DNA of 64,000 nucleotides. It comes from Nitrospirota bacterium (GTDB lineage Bacteria; Nitrospirota; UBA9217). Positions 1 through 8,900 of the stretch are shown one piece after another. How positions within the stretch are numbered: position 1 is the first letter of the stretch; the number at the start of each line of letters is the position of its first letter. The notes under the pieces are model-generated. The model was not told the origin of the DNA. It saw only the letters and a program-made list of their open reading frames with translations, and searched no databases. The stretch lies in assembly GCA_035623825.1 (NCBI GenBank), contig DASPSR010000020.1:81978-145977 (forward strand), written 5' to 3'. The translations under genes and the position numbers were made by a program.

Positions 1-629
1 GCTGTATGGTGTGACTGATCGTGACAGACCTCGCACTGCGTGCCGGCCGGATCGCCGCTGGTTGTGACATGATGGGACACGATCGAAGCATTGCTTCCAA
101 AATCCCCCTCTGGACCTGTGATAATGCGCCGCGGGCCCAGGACGTACGAGTGGCATCCGCTGCAAAACTGGAAATTCACAGTCTCGGTCCCGTACCAGTC
201 GAGCGTGTCCGTTCCATGGCAGTTGAGGTCTGTGCACGACCCGGTGTGAGGCCCGGTTTCGTTTATCCATCTGCCGTTCGGGTTCGTCGAATCGAAATAA
301 ACAATTAGAACGGCGGGATTGCCTGTATCAAGAACCCCGTTCATGTGGGTTGGCTTAGTATAATATCCAAAGTGACATTTCTGGCAGGCAAGGCCTATAA
401 CTTGGACATGAGCGACATGCTTTCCAAATGTGCCTGTTCCATTCGTCACCAAAGGATCTGGTGATGCCGTGCTCGTCGAATTATGACAGACTGCGGTACA
501 GTCTGTTATCGGAGGCCCTGGAGTCACCTGCTTTGTTGATATGGCATCAGGCCCCGGACTGTAACTGCATCCGTAAGCGAGGAGGGCTATCGAAATCAAA
601 CCGATTATATGCAAAAAAAACGTTTTCAT
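1..629 (-). CDS. Lipoprotein multiheme c-type cytochrome, partial (runs off the left edge); absent from ORF track
   Basis: Manual translation from ATG at 629: MKTFFLHIIGLISIALLAYG-C (lipobox), then CTAVCH, CQKCH, CTDLNCH, CSGCH, CEVCH; no stop before position 1. Confidence 0.88.
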   Translation of the reverse strand, partial: MKTFFLHIIGLISIALLAYGCSYSPGPDAISTKQVTPGPPITDCTAVCHNSTSTASPDPLVTNGTGTFGKHVAHVQVIGLACQKCHFGYYTKPTHMNGVLDTGNPAVLIVYFDSTNPNGRWINETGPHTGSCTDLNCHGTDTLDWYGTETVNFQFCSGCHSYVLGPRRIITGPEGDFGSNASIVSHHVTTSGDPAGTQCEVCHDQSHHT

Positions 630-645
630 CAAAACCGCTGCCCCA

Positions 646-1248
646 TTATTGTTTATGGCACAACCCGCAGTTCAAGGCCGGACTTACCGGATGCGGTGCT
701 GACGTATGCCGCGCGACTTTGTGGCATACGACGCAGTTGTCAGCCGGTGCGAAACTGCCGCTGTAATGACACCATGTGCAATGCCGTTTGAGCCAGTTCC
801 CGACATGGGTCCGCGGCTTGGTCTCGTTGTGGCATCTAACGCAAAAGTCCTGCTTATGACATGTCATGCAGCGCTCGCGGTTGCCTTCCGCCATGAACCC
901 GTGGCTCAACGTGCGCCAGGTGTTCGTATGGTCGCGAGGCTTCCTCGTGTTATGACAGGTAATGCAATCATTCCACTTGTGACAGGTGAGACAGGATTTC
1001 CCGCTCTGGCCCGCCTCATTGAAGTTCATATTGGCCGATGCGCCATGAAACTCGATCCAGTTCCCCTTGTGCGAATCCGGCCTGGGGAACGGAATTTTGC
1101 CCCCGCCAGTTCCCGACACGCCAGACTGCACCGCTGGTGCGTAGCCGCCGTCTTCCGCTTGCACGTTCGCGCTGCTGCCCATCAGGCACGCCGCGGTGAG
1201 CACAATGCAGATGACGAACATTGTCATGACACGGACATTAAAAATCAT
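646..1248 (-). CDS. Periplasmic heptaheme c-type cytochrome
   Basis: Signal peptide from ATG 1248 (MIFNVRVMTMFVICIVLTAA...); 7 CXXCH: CLTCH, CITCH, CMTCH, CVRCH, CTWCH, CVVCH, CGLCH. Confidence 0.9.
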   Translation of the reverse strand: MIFNVRVMTMFVICIVLTAACLMGSSANVQAEDGGYAPAVQSGVSGTGGGKIPFPRPDSHKGNWIEFHGASANMNFNEAGQSGKSCLTCHKWNDCITCHNTRKPRDHTNTWRTLSHGFMAEGNRERCMTCHKQDFCVRCHNETKPRTHVGNWLKRHCTWCHYSGSFAPADNCVVCHKVARHTSAPHPVSPALNCGLCHKQ

Positions 1249-2653
1249 AGCGCATCCCCAGTTTAAGCGTCTGATAGTTCTCGATGCCGGACTCATACTC
1301 ATAGCCGCCGTTTATCGAAATTCTCTTGCTGAGCGGATATCTTCCGTTTATATAATACGTACGCACGTTTTCTCTGAGTCCTTCTTCAACGTAATAATCG
1401 TACTTGTAGAGGCTGTAGTAGGTCCCGGCGTTTATACTGGCGCTCTTTTTGTTTTTGAAGGTATATCCGATATCAAGCCCCGCAGAGTAGTAGTGCGTTC
1501 CCGTGGTTTCCCACCGTTCGCCGGTAAGGGTGAACGCAAAGTCTTTCGGCAAATCGATGAGTTCGAACACCAGAAAGGCCCGGCTGTAATCCTTGTCGAA
1601 CGCGCTCTCCTCGTTCTCTTCCAGAAGGCCCCGTTTGAAGTAGCCGACGTCCACCGCATAATGCAGACCGAAGAGCTTTCGGAGTTTCACATCAATGCTC
1701 TGGTAGGGAGCCGACTGTCCGAGGACCGCATAGTACAGTGAGAGCTCGTTCGAGAGTTCGTTCTGGGTGGAGAATTGACGGAAGTAGTTAACGTACATTT
1801 CGGTGTCCGCTTCGGGAAAGGAGCTTATGGCCTTCACACTCAGGTCCCGCGGATCGTCGTTGAGATAACGGTACTTGACTGAGGCCTTCAAGAACGTTCC
1901 GAAGCTCTGCCAGAGCTTGAGGGAGATCATCCGGTCGTGCAAATCGACCGGGGTAGACGATGTAGGGGGTGATTGTTCATCCTCGACGAACAGATAATCC
2001 AAGCTGAACCTGGTGCTCGTGCCGAGAGCATAATCGAGGCCGGCACCAGCCAAGGTGTCATCGCCCCAGTGATAGCCAATCTCATAGAGATGGACGGCGA
2101 CACCGCCGTAAAGCGTCACATTGAGCGGGGAAGATGGCTTGATGTCGGCTGCGATACCGTCAAAAAAGACCTGCTCGTCCCTCGTACCCGTCTGCCTCCC
2201 CATCCGTATCTGCGTGAAATACGGAAAGGGATTATTGATATCGAGATGCGCCTCGTAAAGGTATGCGTGGTATGAAGCCTGGTAGGTATCACCGATGTCT
2301 TTCAGGGGATTAAAAAACGTCTGGTTATTGAGACCGCTAAAATCATTTCTCGCGGTCCCGAAGAAATGAAATTCGTAACGGTTCTCCTTCGGCATGGTGG
2401 CATCAAGCCGCAGTTCCCCGTAAGCGTCCTGATCCCTCCACGTCGTATCGGAATAAGCGGCCGTTCGGTACTCGTATCTGCCGGCAAGATACCCGCTAAT
2501 ATTGAAAAGATTATCCGATGATTGTTCAGATCCGGACACGTCTACGGACGTCGTATACGCAAACAGATGAAAGGGGGAAAGAACGAACAACGAAAAGAGA
2601 AGTAAGAGGACTGAGAGAAGTATGCGGCGAAATAGTATATTTTTATTCTTCAA
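1238..2653 (-). CDS. Outer-membrane beta-barrel protein, putative porin of a porin-cytochrome conduit
   Basis: Signal peptide, Tyr/Gly/Asp-rich amphipathic strands, C-terminal beta-signal LKLGMRYDF; directly upstream of two multiheme cytochromes. Confidence 0.8.
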   Translation of the reverse strand: MKNKNILFRRILLSVLLLLFSLFVLSPFHLFAYTTSVDVSGSEQSSDNLFNISGYLAGRYEYRTAAYSDTTWRDQDAYGELRLDATMPKENRYEFHFFGTARNDFSGLNNQTFFNPLKDIGDTYQASYHAYLYEAHLDINNPFPYFTQIRMGRQTGTRDEQVFFDGIAADIKPSSPLNVTLYGGVAVHLYEIGYHWGDDTLAGAGLDYALGTSTRFSLDYLFVEDEQSPPTSSTPVDLHDRMISLKLWQSFGTFLKASVKYRYLNDDPRDLSVKAISSFPEADTEMYVNYFRQFSTQNELSNELSLYYAVLGQSAPYQSIDVKLRKLFGLHYAVDVGYFKRGLLEENEESAFDKDYSRAFLVFELIDLPKDFAFTLTGERWETTGTHYYSAGLDIGYTFKNKKSASINAGTYYSLYKYDYYVEEGLRENVRTYYINGRYPLSKRISINGGYEYESGIENYQTLKLGMRYDF

Positions 2654-2703
2654 ATATATATTCCCCCGTTGCTCCTGAACTACAATAGATAATAATCGAT
2701 AAA

Positions 2704-2732
2704 ATCATAATCTTGATCAGTGCTCCTGTCAA
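2704..2732 (-). promoter_or_regulatory. Sigma70-type promoter for the porin-cytochrome operon
   Basis: Minus strand TTGACA-17 nt-TATGAT. Confidence 0.6.
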
Positions 2733-2882
2733 GTGAATTTTCCTGATGTTCCTGGTATGATCTCATGGTATTCCAAATGTTAAACAGTCTTGATTTTGCG
2801 TTCGAAGAATGCTATGGTATTTATGCATGCTCAGAAACTTATTCCTATCTTCGTCCCCTGGCTAAAAGGAGAAAAAATCTCC

Positions 2883-3635
2883 GTGAGGATAAAACCAGTT
2901 TTATCGATTACGCTTCTTTCCCTGTTCTGCATGTACTCCCAGGCCTCATCGGCGGAGATCGACTGCCTCCAGTGCCACGAGGAGCTTACCAAAGGGAAAA
3001 GCGTTCACGCGGCCGTTTCCATGGGTTGCACCGCCTGCCACACCGCCGTAGATGCAACAGACATCCCGCATAAGATGACATCTAAGATCCCGAAAGGGCT
3101 TTCCGCCGAACAGCCCGACCTGTGCTACGGATGCCATGACAAATCTCTGTTTAACAAAAAATTCGTGCACCCCGCTATAGGCATGGGTTGCACCAGCTGC
3201 CACAACCCTCATGCAAGCAAATACGCAAAGCTCCTGATCTCAGATCTCCCGGACCTGTGTTATGGCTGCCACGACAAGGGAATTTTCACGAAGAAGAACG
3301 TTCACCCTCCGGTTGCCGCAGGACAATGCTTGTTCTGCCACGACCCCCACTCCTCGGACTTAGCTTTCCGGCTTGAAAAGCCTATTGACGTACTCTGCGA
3401 GACCTGCCATGCCGGCAAGTCTTCGGGAAAACACATCCTTGCAGGATACGGTCTCGGCGATCGTCACCCGACGAAAGGCGTACCCGACCCCTCGCATCCC
3501 GGAAAAGAGCTCTCCTGCACAAGTTGTCACAGCGTTATTCATTCCTCGAATGGGAAGTTCCTGTTCCCGGACGAAGCTGTTCGCTCCGGCAATATGTGCC
3601 TGCTGTGCCACATAAAGATCAGTGTCCGTCCATGA
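2883..3635 (+). CDS. Periplasmic nonaheme cytochrome c (doubled-CXXCH repeat type)
   Basis: GTG 2883 after AGGAG; signal peptide; 9 CXXCH in repeated HxP..G.CxxCHxPH...LCxxCH units. Confidence 0.88.
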   Translation: MRIKPVLSITLLSLFCMYSQASSAEIDCLQCHEELTKGKSVHAAVSMGCTACHTAVDATDIPHKMTSKIPKGLSAEQPDLCYGCHDKSLFNKKFVHPAIGMGCTSCHNPHASKYAKLLISDLPDLCYGCHDKGIFTKKNVHPPVAAGQCLFCHDPHSSDLAFRLEKPIDVLCETCHAGKSSGKHILAGYGLGDRHPTKGVPDPSHPGKELSCTSCHSVIHSSNGKFLFPDEAVRSGNMCLLCHIKISVRP

Positions 3636-3715
3636 AAGACGTTTCCGTTAGGAAGCGGTTTACAGCATTCTTGTGTCGAAATGTGCAGAATTCAACAATG
3701 ATCGGACGGACGCTC

Positions 3716-4624
3716 ATGCGAATCCATCCCGCTATCGTTTTGCTCCTCTCCGTTTTATCTTTTCCCTCGCTCTCGTTTGCTACGCCGGACTACGCCCGGC
3801 AGACGGGATTTGAGTGCAAGCACTGCCATATAGACGCCATCGGTGGCGGTCCGCTCACCCAGGCCGGGAAAATGTTTCTTGATGATATGAAGGTCAAAGG
3901 ACTCTATCGGCCCCTGACCCCTGCGCAGCGGTACGTGCGCCTGATAATCGGATACCTGCACCTCGTGACGGCGATCGTCTGGTTCGGAACGATCATGTAT
4001 GTCCATGTCCTCCTGAAGCCCGCTTACGCTTCTAAAGGCCTTCCAAAGGGCGAACTCAGGCTCGGCTGGCTTTCCATGATCATGATCCTCATATCGGGCG
4101 CGCTGCTGACAGTATCCCGGATCCCCGCTTGGAACGTCTTCGTCACCACCCGCTTTGGCATCCTGTTGAGCATAAAAATATTTCTGTTCCTTATCATGCT
4201 CGCCAGCGCGTTAGTTGTGACCATCTATATCGGCCCAAAATTAAAGAAACAGAAGGGCCTTGCCGCTTCTCTTGAGCCCGGCGACTGTACCCTTGACGGC
4301 CTTGCCCCGTTCGATGGTAAGGACGGCAGGCCCTCATACATTGCCTATAAGGGTATCATCTACGATGTGACGAGAAGCAGGTTTTGGAAGAACGGATCGC
4401 ACGTTATGAAGCATGCGGCGGGAAACGATCTGACTGATTTCCTCAAGAACGCGCCTCATGGTGAAGACAGGATCCTTACCATGCCGCAGGTGGGCAAGCT
4501 CCTGGCATCTGAGGCAAAACCACGTCGACCATTCCATGAACGGCTCTTCTACTTCTTTGCATATATGAACCTCGTTCTCGTGTTCGTCATCACGTTCATC
4601 ATCGCACTCTGGAGATGGTGGTAA
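3716..4624 (+). CDS. Fusion protein: Cyc2-like monoheme c, CopD-like 4-TM bundle, cytochrome b5-like domain
   Basis: Signal peptide; PDYARQTGFECKHCH..LTQAGKMF; TM HLVTAIVWFG; b5 signature YKGIIYDVT..W..G.H...HAAGNDLT....APHG. Confidence 0.75.
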   Translation: MRIHPAIVLLLSVLSFPSLSFATPDYARQTGFECKHCHIDAIGGGPLTQAGKMFLDDMKVKGLYRPLTPAQRYVRLIIGYLHLVTAIVWFGTIMYVHVLLKPAYASKGLPKGELRLGWLSMIMILISGALLTVSRIPAWNVFVTTRFGILLSIKIFLFLIMLASALVVTIYIGPKLKKQKGLAASLEPGDCTLDGLAPFDGKDGRPSYIAYKGIIYDVTRSRFWKNGSHVMKHAAGNDLTDFLKNAPHGEDRILTMPQVGKLLASEAKPRRPFHERLFYFFAYMNLVLVFVITFIIALWRWW

Positions 4625-4646
4625 AGATCCCGCCGATCTCTCTCCC

Positions 4647-4689
4647 TATGATGTGCATCATAGGCTCTTCCCTACGTTAATGATACAGT
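4647..4689 (+). promoter_or_regulatory. CRP/FNR-like box TATGA-N6-TCATA (4647-4662) with extended -10 TGaTACAGT
   Basis: CCTATGA-tgtgca-TCATAGG palindrome; -10 hexamer at 4684-4689, 21 nt downstream. Confidence 0.75.
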
Positions 4690-4735
4690 GTGTCAAAGAA
4701 GATCCATAACAAGATGAACAAGGAGGGAAAATATC

Positions 4736-5050
4736 ATGGAGGTGCTCGATCTCAAGAAGTTGATGAAGTTCAACCCTGACAAGATATCACGAGAAATGCT
4801 GTCCGACAAGCCCGAGATGCGCGTCGCGCTCATGTGCTTGAGCCCTGGCCAGAAGCTTGAGCCCCACAAGGCGCCGTTGCGACTCATGATGTACTGCGTC
4901 GAAGGAACGGGGACTTTCACCGTTGGTGAAGAGAAAATCGAGGCGGACGAGAAAACCTGCATCCTGTGCGATCCGTCGGTGCCGCATGGTTTTGAGGCGA
5001 ATAAGGGCCAGAAACTCGTCGTCATGGCGGTTGTGACACCGGTGGATTGA
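4736..5050 (+). CDS. Cupin domain protein
   Basis: LSPGQKLEPH...YCVEGTGTFTVG...PHGF cupin motifs; AGGAGG SD. Confidence 0.85.
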   Translation: MEVLDLKKLMKFNPDKISREMLSDKPEMRVALMCLSPGQKLEPHKAPLRLMMYCVEGTGTFTVGEEKIEADEKTCILCDPSVPHGFEANKGQKLVVMAVVTPVD

Positions 5051-5105
5051 AACAGAAGAATATATTATAAGCGGTCTGAATCAAGATACACATCAACGGA
5101 ACAAT

Positions 5106-5135
5106 AAAAACGCCCTCACTTCCAAGTGAGGGCGT
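5106..5135 (-). terminator. Intrinsic terminator with U-tract on the minus strand (may be bidirectional)
   Basis: Perfect inverted repeat ACGCCCTCACT/AGTGAGGGCGT preceded by AAAAA on +. Confidence 0.65.
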
Positions 5136-5341
5136 GCTCTCAAAGGGCAGCGCCGCTATGATCGACGCCCCTTTCATGTATTTTCTCCTCCCGCATTCCA
5201 CGGATGCATGAAATGTCTCGTGACAAACCAATAAAGTCAACCCTCGATGGTGGTGCATAATTATGCAACTGCATGCTACTTTCGCATTATTGAACTGTAA
5301 ACCGGATTTCTTCACTTCGATATAATTTCTTTTACAACTCG

Positions 5342-5384
5342 TATGACATGCATCATACCAGAAAATTGCGTTTTGGATTATGCT
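5342..5384 (+). promoter_or_regulatory. CRP/FNR-like box TATGA-N6-TCATA (5342-5357) with -10 TATGCT; norCB promoter
   Basis: GTATGA-catgca-TCATAC; -10 at 5379-5384, 21 nt downstream. Confidence 0.78.
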
Positions 5385-5424
5385 TTTCCCGTTACTGGCA
5401 AAAATCCAAACCAAGGAGGTGCGT

Positions 5425-6108
5425 ATGGGAAATAAAGCAGCGAGGAATCTCTTTATCATTGGCAGTCTCTTCTTCTTCGTGGTCTTCCTTGCCCTCACAG
5501 TCGACACACTGGGGAAACTCGACAAACGGGCACCGGAAATCACGCAAGCAGTTGACGACGGCAAAATGGTATGGCACAAGTACGATTGCATCGGATGCCA
5601 TACCATTCTCGGGAACGGGACCTATTTCGCTCCCGACCTGACCAAGGTAGCTGCTCGTAAGCCGAAAAGCTACCTTAAGCAGTTCATCATGGACCCCAAA
5701 GGAGTAAAGGGAGACGCGGTGATGCCCACTCTTGGGATCAGCTCCACCGAAGCTGACAACCTTCTGGCTTTTCTCGACTGGATGTCCAAGGTCGACACGA
5801 ACGGTTGGCCTCCCAAACCGATACTTGCAACGGCCGCTGGCGTCGGGGGAAAAGAGCTGACTGCCGGACAACTGGTGTACCAGGCGCAGGGCTGCTCCAA
5901 CTGCCATTCCATCAGCGGCATCGGCGGGACCTCTGGACCGGACCTGACGAAGGTAGGGAGCAGGCGCGATCGTGACTGGTTAATCGGCCATTTCAAGGAC
6001 CCGCAGAAATATGTGAAGAATTCCGCGATGCCGCCGGTCACTGCCTCTAATGAGGAGATCGACCAACTCACAGCATACATGCTTACACTCAAGGAGGCGA
6101 CAAAATGA
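5425..6108 (+). CDS. norC: Nitric oxide reductase cytochrome c subunit NorC, diheme variant
   Basis: N-terminal TM; GKMVWHKYDCIGCHTILGNGTYFAPDLT NorC signature; second CSNCH domain; AAGGAGG SD; overlaps norB. Confidence 0.9.
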   Translation: MGNKAARNLFIIGSLFFFVVFLALTVDTLGKLDKRAPEITQAVDDGKMVWHKYDCIGCHTILGNGTYFAPDLTKVAARKPKSYLKQFIMDPKGVKGDAVMPTLGISSTEADNLLAFLDWMSKVDTNGWPPKPILATAAGVGGKELTAGQLVYQAQGCSNCHSISGIGGTSGPDLTKVGSRRDRDWLIGHFKDPQKYVKNSAMPPVTASNEEIDQLTAYMLTLKEATK

Positions 6109-7496
6109 CAATGAAATATAAAAGTCAAAGGATCGCGCAGTACTTTTACACCTTCGCGATCCTGCTGTTCCTCGTGCAGGTGCTCGTCGGCCTTATCGGC
6201 GCCCTCGAGTTCATATGGCCGAACTTCTTCTTCCTGAAGTTTCACATCATCAAGACGCTCCATGTGAATGCGCTCGTGATCTGGCTCCTCGCCGGTCTCA
6301 TGGGGGCGACCTACTATGTGGTTCCCGAGGAATCGGAAACGGAACTCTGGAGCTATCCTCTTGCCTTGTTTCAGTTCTGGGCAACGGTCGTTACCGTGAC
6401 CTTGGTGGTGATCGGCTATATATGGATGGGTTTCGACCCCCAGGCGAATAAGACGGTGTTCGGCACTCTGATACTGAACGAAGGCCGCGAGTATATCGAG
6501 GCCCCGCGCTGGGCGGACATTCTCATCGTGGTCTCGGTGCTTCTGTTCCTGTTCAACAACTTCATGACCATGTTCAAAACCAAGAAATGGACCGGAATTC
6601 AGGGCACGCTCCTGGGCGGCCTCGTGTTTTTGGCACTCATGTATCTGCCGGGCATGGTCTATACCAAGAGCATGGTCAAGGACCAGTTCTGGTGGTGGTG
6701 GGTGGTCCATCTCTGGGTAGAGGGCGCATGGGAGGTCATCGCGGGCGCCTTGCTCGCATTCATGCTGATGAAGGTGATCGGCGCGAAGCGTGAAGTGCTT
6801 GAAAAATGGATGTACATTGAGGTGGGCCTCGTAATGTTCACGGGTCTTTTAGGCACCGGCCATCACTATTACTGGATCGGAACGCCGGGATACTGGCTCT
6901 GGGTCGGCGGAATCTTCAGTTCCCTGGAACCCCTTCCCTTGCTCCTAATGGTCTGGGATGCGTTCAGGACGACTAGGGAGGCGCGGCAGGTCACGAACCG
7001 TGCCGGACTGTACTATACCGTGGCGCACGCGATCTTCAATTTCGTGGGCGCGGGCCTCTGGGGTGTGATCCACACCCTCCCACAGGTGAATAAGTGGACG
7101 CACGGCACGCAGATCACCGCGGCACACGGCCACCTCGCGTTCTACGGGGCCTATGTGCTTCTGGTGATGTCCATGATCTATGTGACCCTTCCGGCGATCC
7201 GGGGAGTGAAAGAGTACGATCCGGGAAGAGCCTTTGCGTCTTTCTGGTGGATGACGATCTCAATGATATTCATGGTGTTCGTGCTCACCGGGGCAGGAAT
7301 GGTGCAGGTCTACATGGAGCGGCTCATGGGGCTCGACTATGAGGCCGTGAAGGCGAATTACAATCTCTGGTTCTGGGTCTTCCGTGCGGTCTTCGGCGCC
7401 GGGTTCCTTGTGGGCGTCGCCATCTTCGTCGTCGACTACTTCAAGCTCGGCGGGGAAGCGGCCCCTGCGCTTCAGACGGCAACGGACCGCGGTTGA
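6105..7496 (+). CDS. norB: Nitric oxide reductase catalytic subunit NorB (cNOR)
   Basis: WWWVVHLWVEG, GTGHHYYWIG, SSLEPLP, AHGHLAFYG, GREYIE motifs. Confidence 0.95.
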   Translation: MTMKYKSQRIAQYFYTFAILLFLVQVLVGLIGALEFIWPNFFFLKFHIIKTLHVNALVIWLLAGLMGATYYVVPEESETELWSYPLALFQFWATVVTVTLVVIGYIWMGFDPQANKTVFGTLILNEGREYIEAPRWADILIVVSVLLFLFNNFMTMFKTKKWTGIQGTLLGGLVFLALMYLPGMVYTKSMVKDQFWWWWVVHLWVEGAWEVIAGALLAFMLMKVIGAKREVLEKWMYIEVGLVMFTGLLGTGHHYYWIGTPGYWLWVGGIFSSLEPLPLLLMVWDAFRTTREARQVTNRAGLYYTVAHAIFNFVGAGLWGVIHTLPQVNKWTHGTQITAAHGHLAFYGAYVLLVMSMIYVTLPAIRGVKEYDPGRAFASFWWMTISMIFMVFVLTGAGMVQVYMERLMGLDYEAVKANYNLWFWVFRAVFGAGFLVGVAIFVVDYFKLGGEAAPALQTATDRG

Positions 7497-7526
7497 TATC
7501 TGCCCGGTAATTGTGATAAAATTAAG

Positions 7527-7554
7527 AGGACGGCGATATGCCGTCCTTTTTTTT
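7527..7554 (+). terminator. Rho-independent terminator after norB
   Basis: AGGACGGC-gatat-GCCGTCCT followed by a T run. Confidence 0.85.
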
Positions 7555-7761
7555 GCGTGAAGCGTTGATGGCGGAGACGCTTTTGGACTAATGTCGCTCA
7601 TCATGGTAACAATCCGCATTCCAGAAGGACAACATATCGCTTCAATCTTCAAAGGGGCATGATGGACACGGATGTTTGATGCGGCGGATATTCTTTATTG
7701 AAACTTTCTATGTTGACGGCGGGCCAGGATAACGATATCGGACAGATAACCTCATCTCATT

Positions 7762-7790
7762 TTGCAAGCGAGGCATCATTTTGCTATAAT
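7762..7790 (+). promoter_or_regulatory. Sigma70-type promoter
   Basis: TTGCAA-17 nt-TATAAT with TG extension. Confidence 0.55.
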
Positions 7791-7833
7791 TCCCATATTG
7801 GCTTAATTACATAGTCATACCTGATATTGCACT

Positions 7834-8637
7834 GTGCCAATCATTATGAACAATTCCCTATACCTTTTTCTGCGAACTGCGCTATTCATATTGGCCTCCT
7901 GCCTGTTGATCATCGGATATGGATTCTGGCAAAGGGCTGCTTGGGCCCTTGCACTCTGGCCGTGGCCGGATGGCCCCTTGAGTTATCTATTCATTTCATC
8001 CATGCTTCTCGCAGAAGGAGCCACCATGACGTGGGTTTGCGTTACGATGGAACTCAACGCGGTCCGTGGTGGATCGCTCGGATTTGCTGCCATGAATGCC
8101 GGCATTTCTGTTTTTACCGGCTACCTTTACGGTCAACGCCACCAATCGCTGCTGACGGCTTGGACAATCGTTTGTGGAGTCCTAGCCATCGGTGCGCTGG
8201 TCCTCTTCGTTATGGGCGCCAAATATGAACGCCGCGATGTCCGCCCTTCGCCGCCTGTCGTGCGAACCTCCTTCTTAGTCTTTTCAGTCGCGCTTTTCAC
8301 CGCGACAGCAATGCTGCTTGCGAGAAGGCCTATTGTTTTCCCTTGGCCGCTCAAACCCGACAGTTCGGTTATGTTTGGTTTCCTGTTTCTGGCCTCGGCT
8401 ATTTACTTCTTTGACGGTTGGCTGCGGCCAAGCGCGGCCAACGCCTCTGGACAACTTCTGGGTTTCCTCGTTTACGATATTGTTCTTATCCCCCCCTATC
8501 TTCATCATTGGAGCAAGACACTAGGAGGATTTCGTGTCAGTTTGGTGATTTACCTCATCGTCCTTTTCTGGAGCGCAGCTCTTGCGCTCTGGTTTTGGTT
8601 TAAATACGGACTCGTCAAGCATATAAAAAACCTGTGA
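7834..8637 (+). CDS. Hypothetical polytopic membrane protein (internal duplication of WPW motif)
   Basis: About 8 hydrophobic segments; LWPWP and FPWPL in the two halves; start may be ATG 7846. Confidence 0.7.
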   Translation: MPIIMNNSLYLFLRTALFILASCLLIIGYGFWQRAAWALALWPWPDGPLSYLFISSMLLAEGATMTWVCVTMELNAVRGGSLGFAAMNAGISVFTGYLYGQRHQSLLTAWTIVCGVLAIGALVLFVMGAKYERRDVRPSPPVVRTSFLVFSVALFTATAMLLARRPIVFPWPLKPDSSVMFGFLFLASAIYFFDGWLRPSAANASGQLLGFLVYDIVLIPPYLHHWSKTLGGFRVSLVIYLIVLFWSAALALWFWFKYGLVKHIKNL

Positions 8638-8851
8638 CCAATCACGAGGCCTCGCAATAATTGGCCGAATAAGGCATAGCTTGATCCGCTTCGGGGCGAC
8701 ACATCTGGAGAAAACATCTGAAATTATGCTATTAACTTATCATGATCTTATGCTATCCCATTGTGTGGCCAGATTTCCATTAATTTTAACTAGAACCACT
8801 CAAGGTAACGGTGAATCCATCGGCATTTCCCATTCGTACGCATATAGAGCG

Positions 8852-8894
8852 TATGACCTGAATCATATTCATTTTTCTCTGCATGTACTATAAA
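8852..8894 (+). promoter_or_regulatory. CRP/FNR-like box TATGA-N6-TCATA (8852-8867) with -10 TATAAA
   Basis: TATGA-cctgaa-TCATA; -10 at 8889-8894, 21 nt downstream. Confidence 0.72.
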
Positions 8895-8900
8895 TCCAGT

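Noticed and set aside
3716-4624. Calling this gene cyc2 (Fe(II) oxidase)
   Set aside because: Only the heme motif resembles Cyc2; the C-terminus is alpha-helical TM plus b5, not a porin
5022-5606. 194-aa minus-strand ORF
   Set aside because: Antisense to norC, runs through promoter and terminator elements, no protein features
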